Origin: Trichodelitschia bisporula | Lineage: Eukaryota | Length of the DNA: 64,000 bases | Direction of reading: 5' to 3' | Assembly (NCBI GenBank): GCA_010356995.1 | Contig: ML996696.1 | Span: forward strand, 250,364 to 314,363 | Part shown: positions 11,734 through 23,998 of the stretch, piece by piece | How the letters are laid out: each line of letters opens with the position of its first letter | Position numbering within the stretch: position 1 is the stretch's first letter | The notes under the pieces: model-generated | Seen by the model: only the letters and a program-made list of their open reading frames with translations | Told to the model about the DNA's origin: nothing | The model's database searches: none | Program-made: the position numbers and the translations under genes

Positions 11734-13227
11734 ATGGCCACTTTGCGGGGTCAACGCTTCGAGATCGACCTGTCAGATGACGAACACCCTGCTACCTCCA
11801 AAATACCCCAAATCCCCGGTTTTATTGCAGATATCCAAGAACGGGACCCTACAAATGCCGCAATTCCCCCGTCTGCTCCTTCACTGAAAAACCAAACCAC
11901 TGGTTTCCCCGCCCACAAGAAACGCACTGGAGCTTCCAAGTTCAAACAGGCACGCCAGGCTCCTGGTGCATCATCTGAGGCCTCAACTTCTGAGCCCGAT
12001 TCCGTGCCGGACAACCTCAAAGCCTTCGAGGAGGTGGAGAGGCAGCGTATCAACGAGGAAAACACCCAGCGTCTTGCGAGCATGTCCGATGCCGATATCG
12101 AGCAACAACGTCAGGAACTCTTTGGCAATCTCAGCCCTGCTCTGATCGAGAAGCTGCTCAAGCGGTCAACCATCGACGACTCCGAAATGGATACTAGAAA
12201 ACATCTCGCTCCAACCCCGCCTGCTCTCAAGAAGGGCGTTAAGCCGTCGCCTCCCATGGTCCCGGAGCGGCGTGTGTCGTTTGCTGTCCCCGAGGATGAG
12301 ATGGAAGAGCTCCAGCGTCGCCCGACGGCAGAGAGACACAGTATCTCAGACACTGTTCTTTCTAGCGAGCAGCTGTTCAAATCTGTGGACTACAACGAAC
12401 CGCCAAAGCTACAGCCAGCATCTCCTAGATCACACCCGAATCTCAAGCGCAAGGTCTCTTTTGCTGTCCCCGAACCGGAGAACGGAGAACTTGAGCGTAC
12501 GACGTCAGAAAGCCACAGCCTTCAGAGAACCCCTTCCTCCGAAGGGTCTGTGTCTTCTGCACACTCGTTCGCCAGCACACCTGTCGAAGGCCTGCCCTCC
12601 GAAGGCTCTATCCACTTCCCGAAGCCCCTCGCAGCACCCGAACTCGACCCCAATTCCCCCTCCTTCTTAGAAGACCTGCACCAGAAATACTTCCCCGACC
12701 TCGTCCATGACCCATCGAAGCTGGAGTGGATGTCCGTTCCCGATCCCAAAGAGAACGCGGCATACGATCCCACCGAAACATCTATCGAACCTACCGCCAT
12801 CCGCTTCTCTTTCAAAGGCGAAATCATCCCACCTAGCAAGTCCTTTTCTCTCCCTACGGATCTCGGCTTGCATCACCATGGCGACGCACCTTCAGCCGCC
12901 GGGTACACTATCCCCGAGCTCGCGTGGCTTGCGCGTAGCTCGTTCCCTGCTCAGCGTTGCATTGCCATCCAGACCCTCGGGCGCATCCTCTACCGCCTCG
13001 GGATCGGCGAGTTCGGCGATGAGAACGAGCTTGATGTGGGGGGCACGGTCGGCGGACGGGCGATGCTGGCCAAGGGCTTGTGGGGCGCGATTGAGGAGGG
13101 TCGGGTCATAGATACTATCACGGAGGAGTCGAAGAAGGAGCGGGGACATCAGACATCGATTGTACTTGCGCAAGAGGCAGTGTGGAATTGGAGAAAGGGC
13201 GGCGGACGGCAGCGCAAGGCGGTTTAG
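11734..13227 (+). CDS. RBA50: RNA polymerase II assembly factor Rba50 (RPAP1 N and C domains)
   Basis: TGFPAHKKR, INEENTQRLASMSDADIEQQRQEL, LHQKYFPDL and GLHHHGDAPSAAGYTIPEL...QRCIAIQTLGRIL motifs in an intronless 497-aa ORF. Confidence 0.9.
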   Translation: MATLRGQRFEIDLSDDEHPATSKIPQIPGFIADIQERDPTNAAIPPSAPSLKNQTTGFPAHKKRTGASKFKQARQAPGASSEASTSEPDSVPDNLKAFEEVERQRINEENTQRLASMSDADIEQQRQELFGNLSPALIEKLLKRSTIDDSEMDTRKHLAPTPPALKKGVKPSPPMVPERRVSFAVPEDEMEELQRRPTAERHSISDTVLSSEQLFKSVDYNEPPKLQPASPRSHPNLKRKVSFAVPEPENGELERTTSESHSLQRTPSSEGSVSSAHSFASTPVEGLPSEGSIHFPKPLAAPELDPNSPSFLEDLHQKYFPDLVHDPSKLEWMSVPDPKENAAYDPTETSIEPTAIRFSFKGEIIPPSKSFSLPTDLGLHHHGDAPSAAGYTIPELAWLARSSFPAQRCIAIQTLGRILYRLGIGEFGDENELDVGGTVGGRAMLAKGLWGAIEEGRVIDTITEESKKERGHQTSIVLAQEAVWNWRKGGGRQRKAV

Positions 13228-13322
13228 GAGTGTATTCGGCATCGCATATGCAAGCGGGGTGGCAGCACCGTCGTTCGATTGTGCCTTTGGCGTCTGGCCT
13301 GTTTATGCTCTGGAATACCCGT

Positions 13323-14531
13323 TTAATGCCTTAATACCATGCCCAGTATCTCGTCTACGCTCGTGACTGACTCCGTGGATATGGCTCTCTCCCACACACC
13401 GTCTGTGATCCGCTCGTCGTCTGGCAACTTGCTCCAGTGCGGATTCGTCCCCGCCTTGAGCCACTTGAAGTCATCAACCTGATCCCACTGATTAACCACC
13501 TGGTCGTCCCCACCCCCAACCTATATGTGTTAGCCGATTCCCTCCACACCAAGCAAAAGGAGAAACTCACCACCGCCCCTCCAACAGGCGCAAACCGCAC
13601 CCCCTCACAATCCTCGATAATCGGCCGACTGCTCACCACGAGGTACACATCCACCCGCACACACTCGTGCATCCGCAACTGCCGGCACCTAGTGATAAGT
13701 ACGCTATCCCTCATCCCCGTGACGTGTACCGCCCCCCCGACTCGCCCTGTCACAACCACACTCCCCTTTACATCCCCAATCGCAAGCCCAGCGAAGCTCG
13801 CCTCCCCCGCCCGCGTCGGCGCACTCAGGTCCACCACGCACCTATCCAATCCCTCGACCGTTCCGCGCCCCAGCGCCGTGCTCTCAGGAGACAAGGCGAT
13901 GTGCAACACCTCCTGCCCCTTGATAACCACCGCCCGCGCACCGCTAAAACTCGGACGTCGCGTCGCACCAGCCGTTGCGACGGGGATCACGGGTGAAGAG
14001 CCCGGCGGCGCGCGGAGCGCTGCGTTGATCTGGCCGATTAGAATGGATTCAGTGTCCGTCGTCTCGTCGAAGGCGGGTGCGGAGAGGGCGGCGGGAGCGG
14101 AGGGTGTACTGGCGGCTCCATGGTTGGGGAGGTGCGCGAGGGGATTCGAGGGGGCTTCAGCAGCTGGTGCACGGCGCTTAAAGGCGAATTTGGGCTTCGG
14201 GGCGAGAGAAGCGCGCGTGCGGGCGAGGGTGTCGGAGAGGGAGCGGAGCGTGCTGGAGTAAGTCCTTTGGTCGTAGGGTGGGAGGACGGTGGAGGCGTCT
14301 TGGACGCGGCGGTTGAGGGTGGAGAGGGTGGTTAGAATGGCTTCGACGCTGCGCGTGAGTTCGGGACCCTGGGGGAGGGTTAGGAGGGCGGATATCTGGT
14401 TTTGGAGAGCTGCGTTGGGGGTTAGTGCGGGGGTGGCGATGTGGGGAGGGGAAGGCACTTGAGGTTTCGGCTTGGAAGCCTCGGTAGAATTGCTCTTTGA
14501 AGTCGCTTGAGTCTGGTGGTGGAGAGGGCAT
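13323..14531 (-). CDS. Tubulin-binding cofactor C (TBCC/Cin2-like)
   Basis: LPPYDQRTYS, PKPKFAFK, CRQLRMH, SSRPIIEDC and NQWDQVDDFKWLK motifs. Introns 14410-14458 and about 13522-13570. Confidence 0.88.
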
Positions 14532-15082
14532 GGTGATTTGATTTGGTTGTGAGGTTCTTATGAGAGGTTGATAGAGGGGTTATGCGGGAGCCTTAGAGTT
14601 ATGGAGGGGGAGGCGGGGCAGATGGACGTAGCGGGGTTGGAGGCAGGGTATGCTTTCGAATGTCGAGTGTCGATTCTACTGGAAATCTTTACTACAGTAC
14701 TCCGTTTTCAAAGGAGAGTCGATGTTGTGTAGAGTTCGAGAACTTGTAGTAGTACATGGGGTGGGGTGGGATGTGTGGCTTTCACGGAAAACGATCCCAA
14801 GCCACAAAACTGGGGCCATGCCAGCTGATATCGAGGGCTTATACGCAACGCTCAGTATCTACCCGAATTCATGGAGACCGCAGCTGAGTAGATGAACATA
14901 AATTCATCTAGTTCCTCAAGCTCAGTTTGCGAGATCGGTGAACAACAGCCGAGAACCCTAGAGTAACGCCATCAGATATGTACAGCGAGCTAGTGCCATC
15001 TCAAGAGATCAGTGCCTTTGCACTGCGTCCATGTCTTCACCACTCGCTAGGGCCCCCTCGGATATGCAGGTTCTCAGCGGAT

Positions 15083-15827
15083 CTAATGCGATGAAGGGAC
15101 GCCGGTCAAATCAAGACCGTAATGCTCCTTTAACCGCTCACGACGGCGCTCCTCGTAACCCGCAGGATAGATACCTAGATGGGTCAGCTGGTGTCGCAGT
15201 ATAATCAAGCATCAAGAGCGTACCTCTTCCCTCTCCGAGCTCTGAAACTGTCTCCTCGATCGGCCGTCTCCTGTTCTGGCGCAGAGCTTCCTTGCGACCC
15301 ACCTCGTCGAGGTGTGGGTCCTTCCTGAAGCCAGACAGAGCTCCGCCAGTAAAGTTGAACGCGGCAGCGAGAACCGCAAGAGTTGCGCCGTAGCCGAAGA
15401 AGGCGGGGAAGGTCCGGACTGCAAGATTATTAACGCGATATCCTTTTCTGCACAGCGGCACAAGACTTACCCCTCAGACCGACGACGGAGCCCGCGAAAA
15501 AGCCTCCAATGGCATTGTTCCAGCTATCTTCCGTTTCGCGCAGGTTGGCAGCGACTGTTTTGGCAAAAGCGTAGGACCCGCCCATCGCGGCTAGATAACG
15601 GCGTAAGCGGTGTGAACTTAGATGCCAATTGATCCGGGGAGCTTACCGTACGTAGCCGTTGTGCCGCCGAACTTCGTAAAGAAGCCCGCAATGCCCAAGT
15701 TCTGGCGTGTGAGGGTATTCTGGACGCCCGAGACGAAGGCACCGAAGCCGCCGGTTATGAGAGCGGTCTCCGTCGTCAAGGCGATGGCATCCCTAGGATG
15801 GTACGGGTGACCCTCGTGGGAGGCCAT
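15083..15827 (-). CDS. NADH:ubiquinone oxidoreductase 21.3 kDa subunit (NDUFA11-like, Tim17/22 fold)
   Basis: YHPRDAI start, SANLRETEDSWNNAIGGFFAG and RRRPIEETVSELGEGRGIYPAGYEERRRERLKEHYG. Four exons. Confidence 0.88.
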
Positions 15828-16589
15828 GGCAGTTCGGCGGCTCAGAAGACGTTGCCTACTGTGCCTTGGGTGAAGCTGAACAGCGTAGGAGGGTGGGTGT
15901 TGGCGAATATGGGTTGGTGGTGGTCAATCGCGGCAGCTGTAGTTCCCGTTCGATATGTTGCTAGCCTGTATCTGCAGTTACGTCGGGACCGCTTTCACTT
16001 TAGCTTACAATACGTATTGCAGGTAACACGTAGTATTATTGGTGCACGCTCTAGACCGGAGAAGGACTTGGATTAGCGTGTGGCAGCACTTAGCCACAGA
16101 CGCCACAGACACGCCACAAGCGCCAGAGATGAGGCGGGGGAGATCGACATACGGTACGAGTAGAGAATGGCACTCAGGTGAGAGACACTTGTGTATTGCA
16201 TCTCCAACAAGTCTTCAAGGATCAGCGTAAAAAAGGTATCATCCTCTACTCCTTTCTCGTCCATTTTCCTTCCTCGTCCCCAAACCACAACTTCCCCCCC
16301 GGCTGACGCGTCAAGAACTGCTTCCCTTGCCCACCGGCGCAAGCTGTAGCCTGCGATATACCGCAGGCACCGCTGTCCTTAACAACGGACCCTCTTGCCC
16401 CCCACAACATCCGAACCACGTCAAGCAAACACGAACGCAGCTTTCCCACTACAACCTATCGTCCCATATCATCACTCTCTCAGTACACTGGCATCTCCTG
16501 GAGTTCGATTCTCGAGCTATGCTCTGCTTCCTCTCTGTTACGCCGTTCAAGTATCACACGTCGTAGGATAGCCCGTTACGGTCACGAAC

Positions 16590-19500
16590 ATGAGTTCTCT
16601 CGATCGTCGCGGCACGTCTCCGCGTCCAGGTACATCAGTTGTCATCATGTTGACTATTTTCGGACACTAAGCCAGTCACAGGCGTGTCTCCCGCCGGAAA
16701 GATTGCCCCACTACTCATAGCTACCATCAAAACTGCCGACCGGGCGCACACTGTTGGAAAGCAACGCCATCCTTTCACCCATCCACCACGCGGCTACGAC
16801 GAAGCCTTCGATGACACACTTTCATCCCAAGCTCCGCCTGAGCAATGTTTGCACAGATGGACTATCAAACCGAACCAGAGTGTGCTGCCCGATCAGGTGA
16901 ATGAGGAAGAGCCCAACTACAAGCTGGCATGCATCTGTCAAAACTGCAGATGGCACCTGGACATTGTGTTCGAAGTAAAGCAAAGTCTGTGCCTGACCCG
17001 CGAATATCCATTGCATCACTTCGTCAACTTCCAAGTCGTCCAGAGCAGCGTTGGCGAATGGTTGTACGGCAACTGCTCCGTCTGCAGTTCAGTCATCCAC
17101 ATCAAGTATCGACCGCCCCGGCTGTTACCGGAGGATGTAAAGCTTCTCACGGACCCCGCATTGCTTCAGGAGCGATTTGAGGATGCGAAAGCAGCCGATC
17201 CGGGCCGGGAATTGCACAAGGCTGCCACTGCGGTCGAGGTACTAGATGCGCTTGCAGCATATCTCAGGGATTGCCAAAAGCCAAGTCCTGAACGCAAGCA
17301 GATTCCTGTTGGCAACAAGCGCTTCCTCATATCATTTGGTATTGACTGCAACCAGGTGCTGACGAAACTGGGCTTTGCCGAGGGGGTCTCTACGTGGAGT
17401 CTGCCCGAACTACCCCCACCTGAGCCATGGGCTGATGACACCCTGCGAACTACGGTGGAAGATGCGCAAGAGGAGGCTTGGGCGCTGATGCGGAAGTTTG
17501 AAATGGAAACGAAACTCCTCATGTTCAAGGGGTATCGGGCGAGGCCGCCTCCATTCGACAATGAAGTGAACCGCGTGCTTGGAACTGCCGAGTACCAGGC
17601 GGTACCCCGCCGGAGGCGCTCTGCTACTTTGGCAGAGGTGGCATGGTACGAAGGGTTGGGTGCTCTTCCTGACTTCCCCGACAGCTTTCTGCGTTACGCT
17701 TTCGAACGTCAGGTCGCCCATGACCCTGCTGGGTCTCCATACTATTTTGACTGCCTCCAGAAAATTGCGACGAAGAGGGATAGCGAAGAGCTCAACATAA
17801 CCCTTGCTACGCTTGCATCAGAAGGCTACTTTGGTCGGAACGAAGTGGCTAGCGCCTACAAATACTTCTTGTTGGATACCTCAAAAGCTCAAACCCTGTC
17901 CGACGACTACATCAGAAACGTATTTGAGACGCGCCTGGCTTCTGCACCGACGTCGCAAGAGTCTGAGATTCGAGCAATGTTGAAGATCATCGGCGAGGAC
18001 CGGAACAGCCAGCAACTCCAAGATGCCGCTGCGAACGTCGTGAAAACGTACGAACAAGCCCTAAAATGGCTCGATTCAACGCTTGACAGCAGTGTTGCCG
18101 ATGAATACATCATCACGCTTGCCGCAACTAGAATTGGGGACCGCCCAAGCGATCAAGAGACCTGTCGCAATGTCGTCCGCGTTATCGCAGAGGAGCGCAA
18201 TAGCGATTTCATTCGCAATTGGCTGATCACTGGCGAAGTGCAGCCCGAATACGCGGAGGATGAACTCACAAGCGCCTACAAGTTTTTCCAGATAAACGAG
18301 CGCAACTCCGACTTGAGCCTCGAGGTCCTGGAAACCGTACGCCAGGTGAAAGTTCTCGACGATCCACACCTTGAAAAGGAAGCCAGGAAACACTACGAAG
18401 TGCTGCTTCGCCACATCACTGGCACAGGTGCAATGGGGAAGCCGGATTACGCCAACCCGGTGGGCCTGTCGAACATGGGAAACACTTGCTACCTCAATTC
18501 CCTCCTCCAGTATTTCTTCGCACTGACTCCTTTACGGAAAATTATCCTTGACTTCGACAGCTACAAGATGGCCTTGAGCTCAACGGAGACCTTTCAGCCA
18601 AAGAAGGTCGGCGGCCGTGAGATCTCGAGGCGCGAGGTTGAGAAGACACAAGAGTTCGTTACAGAGCTCCGGGACCTGTTTCGGGACATGGCTAGCGCGC
18701 CGGGGCCGGTTGTCAACCCGTCGTGGAGACTTGCTGGCCTCGCCCTTGCTCAAGACGGCACGGTGCAGCGAAGAATGACCCTGATGGGTAACGAACATCC
18801 ACTGGGCAGTCCCAAGGAAAAAGCGGATCCCATCTTTCAGAATTTCGTAGAGGTCGACGGTAAAAGCAGGCACTCGAGTTCGCCCGTCACGGTTACTATT
18901 ACTGGTGATGACTCCAGTGAGATCACTCTTGTTGGGGATCCAGTGCTGACGCCAGACTCTGACGATGAAGCAAAGGAAGAGGCCGATGACTCTTCAATCG
19001 TCCTGGTCCCACCCTCCTCGCAGAACATTGAAGAGCGACCAGATCCGGAGAGTATGGATCAAGACGTGCCAATCACTTCAATTGAGAAGCCAGCGCCACC
19101 CTCTCGCCCACCTCCTGTACCCCCTCGGCCACAAAACGCGCCCAAACTTGACGGATGGCGTGAAAAGGCCGAGGACGCAGCTCAACAACAGGATGTTGCC
19201 GAAGTTATCGACAACGTCTTGTTCAAGATTCAGTGCGCCATCAAGCCTACCAGCCTCGACAAGGACGGAGCCCAGATGGACAGCATACAGGAGTAAGTAG
19301 AGTTCGAGACGATTCGCGCATTGACTGATCATGAAACAGACTCTTCTATGGCAAGTACCTTTGGACATACTCTGACCAGAACCTGGAAGACAAGGAGGAG
19401 GCGTTCAATACCCTTTTCCTGAACTTGGTGACCAAGCCTCGCGATGTTTACGCTGCGCTTGACGGCTTCTTCGACGTGGAGCACTTCGATGTGGACGGCA

Positions 19501-20312
19501 AAACGACCGAGAGATTTGCGACCATCACGCAATTGCCTCCCATCCTTCAAGTCTACTTCCACCGTCAACAGTTTGACACGGAGAAGGGAGAATCCTATGT
19601 CATCAAACATCACGTGCAGTTGGAGGAAACTCTCTACATGGACCGGTACACCAGTGCCACGCCGGAATTGCGTGCGGCTAGAGAGCATTCCTGGAAGCTG
19701 AAAGAGCAGATCAAGCAGTTGCAAGACCGAAGGGAGAAGCTCACAGAGACGAAATGCAAGCTGCCGGCACCAGACGTCTTGGATGCCACCTATGAATTCC
19801 TTTCGGAGCTGGGGGACTTCGTGGAAGACGCACAAGAGCTGCAAGAAGGGTTGAAAATGCATTCGGCGCGGAGGAGGAAAGACCTTCAGACCATAAACGA
19901 CGAAATCAACGAGTGTGAGGTCGTTAGCTCGTCCATGTTTGAGGGGTTGAAGAAGTTTGGGTACCAACTGTCGGCGGTATTCTTCCACCGTGGCCAGGGT
20001 GGCATGAAGGGCGGCCACTACTGGGTCTACATCCACGACTTCAAGGGCAATGTCTGGCGCCGCTACGAGGACCGTGAGGTGACTGTCGTCCGCGACCTGT
20101 CGCAGATCTTCGGGGAGTCCGACCCAGCCATCCAGGGTGCACCCTATTTTGTGGTGTACGTTCGAGATGATCTCAAGAACAAATTCGTGGATGCTGTCTG
20201 CCGGCATGAGCCCGAGCCGACTGGTTCGGATGGCGACGTGGACATGACGGATGCGGAGGACTCCGGTGCTGCCATAGATGAAGCCGATCCGACCAGTGCA
20301 TACCATGGGTGA
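16590..20312 (+). CDS. UBP2: Ubiquitin C-terminal hydrolase Ubp2 (USP family)
   Basis: Cys box GLSNMGNTCYLNSLLQ, QQDVAE, His box HRGQ..GGHYWVYI, and an N-terminal Zn/PUB-like region. Introns 16630-16681 and about 19293-19339. Confidence 0.9.
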
Positions 20313-20821
20313 TGGGCTATTGTTCTTTTGGTAGTTTTCAAGTTGTCATTCATCGAGGCATGACATCTGAATGAAGAGGTTGAACGTTCGCGCTGTGACC
20401 CGGAGTCGAGCAAGACAGGCTGGGTTATTGTATGGTATGGCGTTGTCCAGACAATTGAGTAGACATTCATCAGCACTGTATGTCGTGGGCAGTGCAGGTC
20501 ATGCTCAGTCTAATCGAAAAATATATGATTCAGTTCTCAAAATTGCGAAAGTTATGCCTTCAAGCGCTCGAACTTGTCCATGAAAAGGAACATTTACCCG
20601 TATCACTGACGCCACCCCACAGGGCTGAGGCGTCGCCCGCATCGACCTCACGCCAGCAAATCAGCGAAGGGCACGGAGTTACCACCAGCGAACCGTACCC
20701 GTCCTGCTCTTTCCACAATACAGCGGGAGCTCTGCTTATGGCGAGCAAACACGGAAGCCCTTCATCAATATCCGCAAGCTGAGCCAAATCACACTCCGCT
20801 TAATCTACCGTACACCTCAGC

Positions 20822-22556
20822 ATGCGGCTCTCCCACATCCCAGTCCTCGCGCTGGCCGCCGTCCCCTCATTCGCGGTCCACACTCACGGCCATTCCCACT
20901 CCGGGCACGAGAAGACAGTCATGTCAGCTAAGAGAGTAGCAATAATCGGTACATCTCCCCGCAGAAACCTTCTCGGAGCATCTTCAGCTAACCGCCCCAG
21001 GCGCCGGCGCCGCAGGCTCCTCCGCCGCATACCACCTCCGCAAAGACGCCGCCGCGGCGGGCATCCCGGTGAACATCACGATCTACGAGCGGGCGCCGTA
21101 CATTGGCGGGCGATCGACGACGGTGAATGCGTACGACGACGCGTCTGAGCCTGTGGAGCTGGGCGCTAGTATCTTCGTTAAGGTGAACCGGATACTGGTC
21201 AATGCGTCTGAAGAGTTCAATCTCAGCACCGGTGCGATGGTGTCTGCGCGGCCCAAGACTCAGGCGGGGGCGTTGCTGGGGATTTGGAATGGGGAGAAGT
21301 TCTTGTATACCCAAGGAGCTGGGGCGGGGGCCGGGTGGTGGTGGGATTTGGCGCGGTTGGTGTGGCGGTATGGGCTTGCGCCGATTCGGACGAATAATCT
21401 GATGAAGGACGTGGTGGGCAGGTTTTTGAAGATGTATGAGGAGCCGTATTTTCCGTTTGCGAGCCTGACGCAGGTTGCGTATGAGTTGGGGCTTACGGCG
21501 GTGACGGCGGCGACGGGGGAGGAGTATCTGCGGGAGAATGGGATTGGGGATTTGTTTGCGCAGGAGATTATACAGGCGAGGTGAGTTTGAGAGGGTGTGG
21601 TGGAATTGGAGACTGATTATCGCAGCACGAGAGTCAACTATGCGCAGAATCTCCCCCTGATCCATGGGCTCGAGACGATGGTCTGCATGGCCACCGACGG
21701 CGCCGTCAGCGTGCAAGGCGGTAACTGGCAAATCTTCGATCGGATGGCCAAAGCCGGCGCAAACTCCATCCATCTCAGCTCGAACGTCACCTCCCTCCAG
21801 CGCCAGCCCGACGGCACCTACATTCTCTCCGCCAAACCCATCCACCCCTCGACCGCAGCAGCGACAACCTCCACCTACGACACCGTCATCCTCGCCGCGC
21901 CCTACCAGTTCTCGGACATAAGCTTCAACCCCCTCCCGCAGCACATCCCCGACCCAATACCCTACGTCAACCTGCACGTCACGCTCTTCGCGAGCCCGCA
22001 CCCGCTCGCCCCTGCGGCCTTCAACCTCGCTCCTGGAGCCGAGGTACCGCAAATCGTACTCACCACCCTGCTGCCCACCGAGCACCCCGGTACCACACCC
22101 GTGTACCCCGGCAAAGCGGGCTTCTTCAGCATCTCGCAGCTGCGGCCCGTGACCAACCCCGCGACGAGCAAGGGCGAGTTCTTGTACAAGATTTTTTCGC
22201 CGGAGCGCGTCGAAGTGGCGTTTCTAGGGCGGATACTGGGCGTAGAGCACAGCGGTGATGCCGAAAATCTGGATAAGGGGGATGTGAGCTGGATCTATCG
22301 GAAGCTGTGGCAGAGCTATCCGTATGAGTATCCGCGCGTCACGTTTCCGGAGCTGAGGCTGGAGGATGGGCTGTGGTATACAAGTGGGATGGAGAGCTTT
22401 ATTAGCACTATGGAGACGAGTGCGCTTTCGGGGATGAATGTGGCAAGGCTGGTGGTTGATGAGTGGATTAGTCGTGGTAAGGGGGTGGTGGAGGGGGGTG
22501 AGAGAGTGCGTGGACCGGGTGAAGGGAGGCAGCAGGTGCTGAAGTCGAAACTGTAG
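20822..22556 (+). CDS. Prenylcysteine oxidase/lyase (FAD-dependent)
   Basis: Signal peptide, VAIIG|AGAAGSS Rossmann motif, VELGASIFV, TRVNYAQN and ESFISTMETSALSG. Two introns. C-terminus is -SKL. Confidence 0.9.
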
Positions 22557-22924
22557 TTCAACTTTAGCTTTCTGCTTGATTCATTGGGAGTTAGGACGGA
22601 TGAGATGAGCGCTTATACCAAATGGCGTTCGTACTAGGTGGAAATTACAAGCTTAATATTCGCATACATGCAACCGGTATCACAAGAACACTGACATCTG
22701 TCTGCTCTGCTCATCCACCTCTAGTATGTCACACCAAATCCTCTGCTAAGCACAAACGCCACCAGCTCCTAGCCATGCCATTGTACAAAGTTTGGCAGCC
22801 TCTACTACGAGACGCTTCGAGCACCTCATCATTATTCGTGCACCTCGGTCGACACCACGGACAGCGGCCAGCCGCATCACCATGGCCTGAATGCACTTTA
22901 CTCTACCCGGAAATAAGAACACTC

Positions 22925-23998
22925 TCACGGTGCAGACAGACTCGCTCCAGCCCAAAGTACCGGGGCCAGATGCGTGGGCATGTTGAACCCGAACAAGCTG
23001 GCGAACCAGAGGATGATGAGCACGGCAATAGGGGCTAGAAGCAGCTCGGTGTGCTGCAAGAAAGGAAGTGCTATTCAAGGTTAGCTGGGCCGTAATAACA
23101 AGACGAGAAGCATACCATTGTAGCCGAGGAAAGTGATGAGAATGTAGTAGCCAAAGGCTAGCAAGTAGAGTGAGTTTCCAACGAACAGTGACAACCTTCA
23201 TAGTTAGAATACTAGCTCTATGTAGTCCGACTATAGGGGCTCACCAATAATCCTTGGCAATGACGGGCATCAACAGGAACTGAATCACGTATAGGAACAC
23301 CCATACTGGGAAGAACGCCCTGATAGACACCTGCGGGAAATTAGACAAGAAATATCAACCTGCCAAGGGCATGGGCTCACATCAAAGCAGTAGCCGAATT
23401 CCAGCTGATCACCCTCTCCAGGCTGCGTGAACAACCCTTGCCGACGCCGTCCGGGAAGACCAGGCACACCGGGTCCCAGCAACCTTCCGACAAAGAAGTA
23501 CGCGAGGGTGGAGATGAGTAACGAGTTTCCGATGAAGTGCCCGAATATGAAGACGAGCGTTATTCGGAAGACCTTAGAGAAGCCGTTCGCGTAGGCCAGA
23601 CCCCATGCTATGGAGGTAAGGAGGAGGAAGAAGGACAAAAGGTAGGTGAATGCGGGATCGGGGCGGTGCCATGTGTTCTTCGTCTCTACGCCGTTGTTAG
23701 GTGGACTAACAGGTCCAGAGGGCAGAGGGCATACGTTTCTGCCGAACCCAGTCAGCATGCATACCCAGAGGTCATCGCCTATACGTACGTGGTAATATAT
23801 GGACTTGAACACCTTCTTGGGGGATATTATGAGGCTCGTCATCTCCCATATTGCCGTCTCGAAGTCCATTTGCGGGAACTTGAACATGCGTCTGAAGAAG
23901 CGAGGCATGCGCATGCCCTGGTGGCGCCCGCTGGCGGGAGTGCCGCCAAAAGTCGGAAGATCTGCATTTTGTCTCGGGAGAGCGATATGCGGATTCAT
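22925..23998 (-). CDS. GMH1: UNC-50/Gmh1 Golgi membrane protein
   Basis: PQMDFETAIWEM, YYH-KQ-TKNTWHRPDPAF (via a 4-nt microexon), LEFGYCFD|VSIRAF and TFLGYN|ALPFL. Six exons. Confidence 0.9.

Noticed and set aside
14870..14888. TGGAGACC..CTGA resembling a C/D snoRNA guide for large-subunit rRNA
   Set aside because: Only about 8 nt match the rRNA segment as I recall it, the bases next to the D box mismatch, and there is no clear C box.
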